From the NCBI GenBank assembly GCA_965243555.1, contig OZ251575.1:3269007-3333006 (forward strand): a stretch of DNA of 64,000 nt. The letters are read 5' to 3'. Below are positions 47,218 to 54,440 of the stretch, one piece after another. Positions within the stretch are counted from its first letter, which is position 1. The number at the start of each line of letters is the position of its first letter. The notes beneath the pieces are model-generated. The model saw only the letters and a program-made list of their open reading frames with translations. It had not been told where the DNA came from and ran no database searches. The position numbers and the translations under genes are program-made. Origin of the DNA: Spirochaetia bacterium (GTDB lineage Bacteria > Spirochaetota > Spirochaetia > SZUA-6 > Bin103).

Positions 47218-48600
47218 TCAGGTACGGCGATAGGAACTGTCGATAGCCAGCTCCTTGCGATACTTTGCCACCGTGCGCCGGGCGATCTTCACTCCCTTTT
47301 CGGCGAGGATCTCGGCGATGCGGCTGTCGGACAGCGGCTTGCCGGGCGCGCCGCCGGTCGTGCCGGCGCCGGTGACGATCTCGCGGACCATCTCCTTGAC
47401 GCCGTTCTTCGAATAGCGGGAACCCTTGGAGCCCGCTCCGGAGATCGAGTTGGTAAAGAAGTAGCGCAACTCGAAGACGCCGAACTCGGTTTGCACGTGC
47501 TTGCCGTTGGCCAGCCGCGAAACCGTGGCTTCGTGGACGCCGACCACGGCCGCCACGTCCTTGAGCGTGAGCGGCACCAGGTACTTGGGGCCGCGGCGAA
47601 AGAACTCGCTCTGCACCGCCACCACCGCGGCGGTGACCTTGCGCAGGGAGCGGTTGCGTTCATCGATGCTGCGCATGAACGAACGCGCGTCCTGCAGATG
47701 GCGGTTGACGAACTTCTTGTCTTCGCGGTCGGGGTTGTTGCGGCTCAGTTGTTCGAACAGCCCGTTGATTCCCAGTACCGGAATCTGCTCGTCGTTGAGC
47801 AGCACCCGGAGCTCGCCGTCGACCTGCTTGACGGTGATGTCCGGGGTTACGTAGCGCACCTGTTCGGCGCTGTAGTTGCGTCCCGGAATCGGATCCAGCG
47901 TGCGCACGAAGTCCAGGATGGCGCGCACCCGTTCCTCGGAGACGCCCATACCGCGCGCGATCTCGCCGAGCTTGCCCCGCTCCGCCGGTTGCATGTAGGT
48001 GCGCACCAGGTCGGCGCTGCCCGGTTCCGGGCGCGGGTGCACCCGAATCTGGGCCAGCAGCGACTCGGTAAAGTCGCGGGTGCAGCAGCCGGGTGGGTCG
48101 AAGCCCTGGATCATCTCAATCAGCTTGCGCAGCCGCGGCGCCGGGGCGGCGGGGTCCAGGATCTCCGGTTCCTCCAGCGTGAACCCGTTGTGGTCCAGGT
48201 TGCGAATCAGCAGCTCGCCGAGCTCGAACTCCGGCGGGGTGAGCGGCTGCAGGCGGAGCTGCCACAGCAGATGCTCCTGCAGCGTCTCCGGGCGCGCCAG
48301 CGCCCCCTCCAGGAACATGCGCTTGGCGTCGTCGTCCGCGCCGCCGCGGCTGCCGTTCAGGTAGCCGGGGTCGGAGGACTCGGCAAAGACGCTCTCCTCC
48401 GCGGTGGCCTCGGGACCGGTGTCCAGGGAGACGGTGGAGTTGTCCTCCAGCACCTCCAGCGCCGGGTTGCTCATCAGCTCCTCCCGGATGGTGACCTGCA
48501 GCTCCTGGACCGGCAGCGCCATGATGCGGATCGCCTGATAGAGCTGCGGGGTCATCTTGAGCCCCTGCACCTGGCGCAGATCGGTCCGTTGCGACAACAT
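47218..48600 (-). CDS. rpoN: RNA polymerase sigma-54 factor
   Basis: 'LKMTPQLYQAIRIMALPVQEL' (region I) and the C-terminal RpoN box 'ARRTVAKYR'. I prefer the start at ATG 48600 (MLSQR...); the tracked ORF extends to 48615 and would overlap the upstream methylase. Confidence 0.95.
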   Translation of the reverse strand: MLSQRTDLRQVQGLKMTPQLYQAIRIMALPVQELQVTIREELMSNPALEVLEDNSTVSLDTGPEATAEESVFAESSDPGYLNGSRGGADDDAKRMFLEGALARPETLQEHLLWQLRLQPLTPPEFELGELLIRNLDHNGFTLEEPEILDPAAPAPRLRKLIEMIQGFDPPGCCTRDFTESLLAQIRVHPRPEPGSADLVRTYMQPAERGKLGEIARGMGVSEERVRAILDFVRTLDPIPGRNYSAEQVRYVTPDITVKQVDGELRVLLNDEQIPVLGINGLFEQLSRNNPDREDKKFVNRHLQDARSFMRSIDERNRSLRKVTAAVVAVQSEFFRRGPKYLVPLTLKDVAAVVGVHEATVSRLANGKHVQTEFGVFELRYFFTNSISGAGSKGSRYSKNGVKEMVREIVTGAGTTGGAPGKPLSDSRIAEILAEKGVKIARRTVAKYRKELAIDSSYRRT

Positions 48601-48604
48601 GGCG

Positions 48605-50470
48605 TTACCCCGCATGATGGGCTAGGCGGCTCCCGGCTGTCAACCGCCAGCTGCTCATAGTCCGTAGACCCTTCGGCATCGCACTGAGCGCACGGACACC
48701 GATCCGCTCACCGGCAGAAACGACCAAGCCGAACGCCTCCCAGACCAGTGAGTTGATCTCCTCACGGCTGGAATCATCATCTTCCGACGGAATAGCGTCG
48801 TACAACAATTTAGCGCTGGCAATGATCTTCTTTCCGACCGTCCCGTGGGGATCGGGTAGCGGAAATTTCTCCACGTACTGCGTCATGAATCGCCGGCGCC
48901 CCGAATAGAGCTTGTTGTTGAAGCGATAGTCGTAAAAACGTTCAATGAACGTTGAATTGCCAACCGCTGCGGCAAGCCACAACAGGTCGGATTGTTCCGG
49001 GTCGTCACAAGTCAACCAATAGCAGTCTCCGTTGACGACCGACCCATCCAGATCAAGCCAGAACGTGGGCTGCTCGACGATATCGCGAAAAACCAACTTG
49101 GGATGCTGCCACAAGTCCGGGTTTTGTGGCACCCATATTTCATACCACCTGCGTCCCGCGGCCAGGACGTAATGGCGAGCTTCGAGCGTGGCACGATGTC
49201 GTTCAAGGTAGGCTCGACTGCACGGGTAGCTGGTCAGGTCCACGGCTCTGCGGCGCCCCCGCACCCGTTCGTGCGGATACAGAATCCGGGGAGACCGAGG
49301 CCCACCGCAAGGCTTGAAGCGGCGCGCCGCGTGATGGGACGTAAGCGGCCTCAACAGCTCAGGGCACTTCGCCCCGGTGACTTCCTCCCAGTCATCCCGG
49401 ACAAACACGCTATCGGCGCAGGTCTTTACTCCGACGCGGATCTTTCCGACTCGCCGAAACGTCGACCAGGTATTATCATCGACGCGGGATAGCCATGCGT
49501 CGGCACTTCCATTGGCAAGGCGCCAGACCCCGTCTGCGGCGCCGTTCGTGTCGAGTATTCCGTGTCGGACGTGGAACCGCCGACCGTCGTCAGTGCGGAC
49601 GCAGCCGTCGTGACTGAGGGCGGAGACCGGGTCGGTTGACCGGTGCGTAGCCGGCTTGGCGGTCTCATATATTGTCGTAAAAGTGGAACGGGATACGTGG
49701 CCGCGATCTTTGCCGGGGCAATCCTTGCCGTCGAGAATCAATACCGCGGGGAGAACTGCGGCATCAAATAACTTGGTGTCCCCAAGGTCCCACGCGCTGC
49801 GAACGTTCAGTTGCTCCATGAGGGCCTTCCGTACGATGGCTCCGGACTTCACCGTCATGAAGCGGTTGGAGACGATCAGTCCGGCCGTGCCGTGGGGCTT
49901 GAGGGCGCGCGCAATGGCGAGAATAAAAGCATAGTAGAGGTCCAATCTTCCGGAAAGGCCGAATTGTCGGGCAAGCGCTTGCGCTTGCCGGGCTCCCATG
50001 ATCTGGGTCCGCACGTATGGCGGATTGGCAATTATCATGTCATAGCGCTTGCCTCCGGCATCGCGAAAGAGATCACTTTGGTGGTTCGATGCAAAGCGAT
50101 CCATGGCAAACTTGAGGAAGTTGCCGTGCCGCAGATGGAGTCGTGATTCAGGAACCTGTTGCTCCAGTCTTGAGCGCGCGAATTGAAGCGCCTCCAAACT
50201 GGTCTCGAAACCATGGACCTCAAGGTTCATGTCGCCGCCGCACTCGCGCAGGCGTTGAAGCAGTTTTACAAGGAGTTCTCCGTGACCGAGAGCGGGGTCC
50301 AGGATTCGCGTCGGGTGGTCTTCGGAGGGTGTTCCTCTGGCTTGGACGATCTGGCGGGCGACGAAATCGGCGAGCAGGCTGGGAGTATACGTGACTCCGT
50401 CTGATTTACGCCGGCTCACGCCGGCGTATCGTTCCGCGCGGCGCGGCCTACCAAGGGTTCCGCTGCTCAT
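48605..50470 (-). CDS. Stand-alone gamma-class N6-adenine DNA methyltransferase (Eco57I/TaqI-like, with TaqI_C-like target-recognition domain)
   Basis: 'YTPSLLADFVARQIV', motif I 'ILDPALGHGELL' and motif IV 'IIANPPYVRTQ'. C-terminal 'IRVGVKTCADSVFV' is TRD-like. Spot GC ~57%. No nuclease partner is recognisable nearby. Confidence 0.8.
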   Translation of the reverse strand: MSSGTLGRPRRAERYAGVSRRKSDGVTYTPSLLADFVARQIVQARGTPSEDHPTRILDPALGHGELLVKLLQRLRECGGDMNLEVHGFETSLEALQFARSRLEQQVPESRLHLRHGNFLKFAMDRFASNHQSDLFRDAGGKRYDMIIANPPYVRTQIMGARQAQALARQFGLSGRLDLYYAFILAIARALKPHGTAGLIVSNRFMTVKSGAIVRKALMEQLNVRSAWDLGDTKLFDAAVLPAVLILDGKDCPGKDRGHVSRSTFTTIYETAKPATHRSTDPVSALSHDGCVRTDDGRRFHVRHGILDTNGAADGVWRLANGSADAWLSRVDDNTWSTFRRVGKIRVGVKTCADSVFVRDDWEEVTGAKCPELLRPLTSHHAARRFKPCGGPRSPRILYPHERVRGRRRAVDLTSYPCSRAYLERHRATLEARHYVLAAGRRWYEIWVPQNPDLWQHPKLVFRDIVEQPTFWLDLDGSVVNGDCYWLTCDDPEQSDLLWLAAAVGNSTFIERFYDYRFNNKLYSGRRRFMTQYVEKFPLPDPHGTVGKKIIASAKLLYDAIPSEDDDSSREEINSLVWEAFGLVVSAGERIGVRALSAMPKGLRTMSSWRLTAGSRLAHHAG

Positions 50471-50622
50471 GGACCACCACCATAGCAGAGCCGCCGGCCC
50501 GGTGCGACTCCGCGCCGCCGCGCCGCCGCGCCGCGGCGCCGTGCGCGGTGCTTGACCGCGAACGTATGCACCCGTATGCTGCCGGAAGGTCGGGTGGCGC
50601 CGGTGGGTACGGTCATCATCAC

Positions 50623-50787
50623 GGGTATATCGCGCTCTCCCCCGGTTGGGTCAAGACCGACATGGGCGGCGCCAACGCGCGGCTCACGGTAGCGGAATCA
50701 ACCGCGCTGATCGTGCAGCGGATTGCCGAGCACCGCGCGGAGGACGCTCCCTTTATCAGCCATACCGGCGACTCGCTCAGGTGGTAG
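50623..50787 (+). pseudogene. 3' remnant (~55 codons) of a short-chain dehydrogenase/reductase gene
   Basis: 'GYIALSPGWVKTDMGGANARLTVAESTALIVQRI....FISHTGDSLRW*' matches only the C-terminal end of CsgA-like SDRs ('PGWV.TDMGG'). No Rossmann or catalytic part lies upstream. Confidence 0.6.
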
Positions 50788-50887
50788 GCCCCGCGCGTCG
50801 CGGCGCCGGGAACAGGATCGCGCTCCCCGGAGATACTTCATGCAACCTGCTGCTGCCATTCGCCACCGAAATCCGATCCTTCCTCTC

Positions 50888-51427
50888 CTAAACTACACGG
50901 CCCTGATACGTTGTTGTCACAGCGTCGGCAATCAGGTTACCCACCAGCGCTGCCCGGGATGAATCTCTCGGCAACCCAAGAATCTCACAATGAGACGGAT
51001 CTTCTTCGTAGTTTCCTTCTGCAGGAAGTGGACGGAGCTCAAAACTTAGATCAACGTAGCCACGAACTCTCTGCTTCGTTTCCCCGACTTCCAACTCTGC
51101 AAAGCGTCCGTTACGACTCAAGGTAATGCGCGACAGTCTCCGAATTCGATCGAGCTGATCTTCTCTAGTGACACCAAAATAGTCTAGCCAATTGACTGAC
51201 AGACCGTCCTCGCCGTCTCGCAGACGAAACGCCGCCCCATCGATGCTTCCATCGTCCCGGACCAGCCGGGGCCGGACGTACCGCACGACATGGTTCCCAT
51301 CAGATATTTCGCTGCCTGCTGAATAATTCACTCCAGGATCGAAGTCAGTCCCGACAACTTGATTTGCCCTATAATCTCGTCGAGTGTGTCTCGACCCGCC
51401 GTAGGTTTCAGGGTTTCGGTGCGCCAC
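50888..51427 (-). CDS. Hypothetical protein (low-GC cassette, gene 3)
   Basis: 179-aa ORF that overlaps the upstream ORF by 100 nt, so the true start may be GTG at 51286 (133 aa). No family recognised. Spot GC ~43-50%. Confidence 0.5.
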   Translation of the reverse strand: MAHRNPETYGGSRHTRRDYRANQVVGTDFDPGVNYSAGSEISDGNHVVRYVRPRLVRDDGSIDGAAFRLRDGEDGLSVNWLDYFGVTREDQLDRIRRLSRITLSRNGRFAELEVGETKQRVRGYVDLSFELRPLPAEGNYEEDPSHCEILGLPRDSSRAALVGNLIADAVTTTYQGRVV

Positions 51428-51732
51428 ATCACGTACTCGGCATTTTGGTCCCCGAGGAACTCTATCCCAAGGTGTTCGTAACTCCCTCTACGCCAAACGA
51501 TACGCAGATTACCATCATCAGTAACTACAACATTAGCTCTACGTGCCATCGGCATTGACCGTATGAACGTCCAGAAATCTTGTTCGGACTTCTCTCTGAC
51601 GACTATATCATCCATCTCGGCGTAGTTTTTCAGCGTTTCAATTCGGGCCTGATACGCATGCTTATGCCGTAACGCATGATTAGAGCGACGAGACGCCTTA
51701 TTGAACGTTGGCTTTCTGAAGTGGACTGACAT
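51328..51732 (-). CDS. Hypothetical protein (low-GC cassette, gene 2)
   Basis: 134-aa ORF. Its ATG overlaps the stop of the 60-aa ORF upstream (TGATG). No family recognised. Confidence 0.5.
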   Translation of the reverse strand: MSVHFRKPTFNKASRRSNHALRHKHAYQARIETLKNYAEMDDIVVREKSEQDFWTFIRSMPMARRANVVVTDDGNLRIVWRRGSYEHLGIEFLGDQNAEYVMWRTETLKPTAGRDTLDEIIGQIKLSGLTSILE

Positions 51733-51914
51733 CAGACTGCAGGCCCAATCATCCCTGCGAACACTACCGAAACGGCTACACGCATGACCAAGAGAGCATA
51801 GCGGATTATTGTGCGGAGTGCAAGCACTGATTCGCAGCAGTGGAGTGCGACGGTAACTAACGTTATAGTAACGAAGTACACTATCCCGGACGCTCGGCCA
51901 GGGCGATATTTCAT
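51732..51914 (-). CDS. Possible small two-helix membrane protein (low-GC cassette, gene 1)
   Basis: 60-aa ORF with two hydrophobic stretches ('IVYFVTITLVTVAL', 'ALLVMRVAVSVVFAGMIG'), coupled to the next ORF. It could equally be a 5' leader. Confidence 0.25.
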   Translation of the reverse strand: MKYRPGRASGIVYFVTITLVTVALHCCESVLALRTIIRYALLVMRVAVSVVFAGMIGPAV

Positions 51915-51927
51915 ATGCCGGCCCGCG

Positions 51928-51996
51928 TTACATTTTGCCGGTTGTAAGCATTACATACGACCGGTTATAGTTGTTACATATGGCCGGTCAGGCTAC
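51928..51996. repeat. Three phased 23-bp direct repeats, TTACAT-N4-CCGGT-N8, in the divergent promoter region; the third overlaps the ATPase ATG
   Basis: Units at 51928-51950, 51951-51973 and 51974-51996. TTACAT and CCGGT sit at identical offsets (0 and 10) in all three. Confidence 0.85.
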
Positions 51997-53263
51997 CTAC
52001 CACGCCAGGATCGGCGACGCCGAGCTGGCTCGCCGGCTGGAGTCGGCCGGTGCGGTGCTGATCGAAGGCCCCCGCGCCTGCGGCAAGACCGAGACCGCCC
52101 GCCAACTCGCCGCCAGCGAAGTGCTGCTGGACGTGGACGCCGACGCCCGCCGCGCCGTCGAAGTCGCGCCGGCGTTGGTGTTGGCGGGGGATACGCCGCG
52201 GCTGATCGACGAATGGCAGACCGCCCCGGCACTGTGGAACCACGTCCGGCGGGCCGTCGATGACCGGGGCGCCGGGCCGGGAACGGGGAGCGGGCTGTTC
52301 ATCCTCACCGGCTCAATGGCGCCGGCGGACGACGTAACCCGTCACACCGGGGCGGGACGCATCTCGCGGCTGCGGCTGCGCACCATGACGCTGCAGGAGA
52401 CCGGCGTTTCCAGCGGGGCGGTGTCACTGCGTGAGCTGCTGCAGGGCCGCTTCAAGGGCTGCGCCGACCCCGGCCTGCCGCTGCCGGAGCTGGTCGCGCA
52501 ACTGTGCCGGGGAGGCTGGCCGGGCGACCTGCACCGTTCCGACGCCGCCTGCCAGGACGCCCGCGTCGACTACCTGGAGGAGATTCGCCGCGCCGATGTC
52601 TCCCGCGTGGACGGCATCCGGCGCGACCCCGAGAACGTCGGCCGGGTGATCCGCTCGCTGGCGCGCAACCTGGCGACCACGGTCAGCGCCCGGACCATCG
52701 CCGCGGACGCCGGCGGCGCCGACGGACCCCTGGACGGCGACACGGTGCGCGGCTACCTGGACGCCCTGCGCCGGCTGATGGTCTACGAGGAGCAGCCGGC
52801 GTGGGCGCCGCATCTGCGCTCCCGGTCGCTGTTGCGCCGCGCGCCGAAGCGGCACTTCGTCGATCCGTCCCTGGCCGCGGCGGCGCTCGGCGCGACCCCG
52901 GAGCGGCTGTTGGCCGGCCCGGAGATGGAGCTTCTGGGGTGCCTGTTCGAGTCCCTGGTCTACCGCGAGCTCGCGGTCTATTCCCGCGCCTGCGACGCGG
53001 CGGTCTATCACTACCGCGACAACACCGGCCTCGAAGTGGACGCGGTGGTGGAAGACCGGCGCGGCGACTGGTGCGCCTTCGAGATAAAGTTGGGCGGGGG
53101 CCAGATTGACGCCGCGGCGCGCACCCTGCTGAAGTTCCGCGACCGGGTGGATGCCGAGCACCCCGGCCTGCCCCGCACCCTGGGCGTGATCGTGAGCGCC
53201 GGCTACGGCTACCGCCGCCCCGACGGCGTGGCCGTCATCCCCATCGCCGCGCTGGGCCCATGA
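51971..53263 (+). CDS. AAA-family ATPase with DUF4143 C-terminal domain (AAA_14/DUF4143 family)
   Basis: Walker A 'GPRACGKTETARQ'. The C-terminal 'ESLVYRELAVYS.....VYHYRDNTGLEVDAVVE...W.AFEIKLGG' is the typical DUF4143 (PD-(D/E)xK-like) end. The likely start is ATG 51980. Confidence 0.8.
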   Translation: MLHMAGQATYHARIGDAELARRLESAGAVLIEGPRACGKTETARQLAASEVLLDVDADARRAVEVAPALVLAGDTPRLIDEWQTAPALWNHVRRAVDDRGAGPGTGSGLFILTGSMAPADDVTRHTGAGRISRLRLRTMTLQETGVSSGAVSLRELLQGRFKGCADPGLPLPELVAQLCRGGWPGDLHRSDAACQDARVDYLEEIRRADVSRVDGIRRDPENVGRVIRSLARNLATTVSARTIAADAGGADGPLDGDTVRGYLDALRRLMVYEEQPAWAPHLRSRSLLRRAPKRHFVDPSLAAAALGATPERLLAGPEMELLGCLFESLVYRELAVYSRACDAAVYHYRDNTGLEVDAVVEDRRGDWCAFEIKLGGGQIDAAARTLLKFRDRVDAEHPGLPRTLGVIVSAGYGYRRPDGVAVIPIAALGP

Positions 53264-53420
53264 ATCGAGATTTCGCTTCGCCATGGTGCACGGGGGGCAA
53301 GGGTTTGATAGGATGCTCACGTGCTTGCGCCCGCCGCGTCGCTCCCGGCGCCACAGGTCGTCACCGCAACCGCGCTCAAGGCGGGTGCCCGAAGCGGCGC
53401 AATTGAGCCGCGCTTCGTGA

Positions 53421-54440
53421 ATGCCAGTGGACGATAGCGCCCCCGCGCCCGGGGGCGCTCGACCGGCCTCGCCGGCGGCCGTTCCGCAGCGCCTGATCCT
53501 CGGCACGGCCCGGCTCGCGTTGCGCCCCACGCCGCGGCCGCGCTCGGTGTGGGGAGCGCGGGCGTTCGCGTACCTGGACCGCGCGTTCGAGCTGGGCGTC
53601 CGCACGCTCGATACCGCGGCAATCTATCAGTTCGGCAGCAGCGAGCGGGTGATCGGCGAGTGGCTGCGGCGCACCGGGAACCGCGACCGGGTCCTCCTGA
53701 TCAGCAAGGGCGGTCACCCGTCGCTGCTGGGTCCGTCGCTCAGTGGCCGGTCACGGCTGGGCCGAGGCGACCTGGAGCACGACCTGCAGGGATCGCTGCG
53801 GCGGCTGCGCATCGATCGCCTGGACCTCTACCTGCTGCATTATGACGCGCCCGGAGCGCCGCTTGAGCCGATTGCGGAAACGCTCTGGTCATTTGTGGCC
53901 AGCGGGCGCGTTCGTGCCTACGGAGTATCCAACTGGACCGACGAGCGGTTCGCGGCGTTGCGGGCGCTGTCGGCGAGCCGGGGAATGCCGGCGCCGGCCG
54001 CCAGCAGCCCGCAGTTCAGCCTGCCGCAGTGCGTGGTCCCGCCTTATCCGGGCTGCGTGTCGATCGGCGGAGCGGCCGGCGCGAGCGCGTTGCGCGCGTA
54101 TCGGGAGGCCGGCGCCGCGGTCCTCGCGTGGTCGCCGCTCGGCAACGGTTGGCTGCGCGCGCCCGGCCGCGACGCGCGCAGCCGGGCCTACCGGGGCAGC
54201 GCCAACGACGCGCGCCTGTCCCGGCTGCACGCGTTGGCGGAACGGATCGGCTGCACGCCGGCGCAAGCGGCGCTGGCCTGGGTGCTGGCGCACGGGAACA
54301 ACGTGCACGCGGTGGTGGGCACGCAGCGGCCGCAACGGCTCGCCGAGCTGCAGGCGGCCGTGGCGCTGACCCTCAGCCCCGAGCAGGTCGCGTGGCTGGC
54401 CGACGGCGGCAGCCGTAGCGTCCCGGCGGCCGGTTCGTGA
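53421..54440 (+). CDS. Aldo/keto reductase
   Basis: 'LDTAAIYQFGSSERVIGEWL', 'RDRVLLISKGG' and 'IDRLDLYLLH' give the AKR pattern. Confidence 0.85.
   Translation: MPVDDSAPAPGGARPASPAAVPQRLILGTARLALRPTPRPRSVWGARAFAYLDRAFELGVRTLDTAAIYQFGSSERVIGEWLRRTGNRDRVLLISKGGHPSLLGPSLSGRSRLGRGDLEHDLQGSLRRLRIDRLDLYLLHYDAPGAPLEPIAETLWSFVASGRVRAYGVSNWTDERFAALRALSASRGMPAPAASSPQFSLPQCVVPPYPGCVSIGGAAGASALRAYREAGAAVLAWSPLGNGWLRAPGRDARSRAYRGSANDARLSRLHALAERIGCTPAQAALAWVLAHGNNVHAVVGTQRPQRLAELQAAVALTLSPEQVAWLADGGSRSVPAAGS

Noticed and set aside
50548-50622. First 25 codons of the tracked 79-aa ORF as part of the SDR remnant
   Set aside because: The sequence 'MLDRERMHPYAAGRSGGAGGYGHHH' has no SDR character. Homology starts only at 'GYIALSPGWV', so only 50623-50787 is annotated as the remnant.
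50888-51427. Possible ADP-ribosyltransferase-like R...S...ExE spacing in the 179-aa protein ('VRYVRP', 'GLSVNW', 'AELEVGE')
   Set aside because: These are three short, degenerate motifs that could arise by chance. There is no supporting secondary-structure or family evidence available here, so the protein is left as hypothetical.
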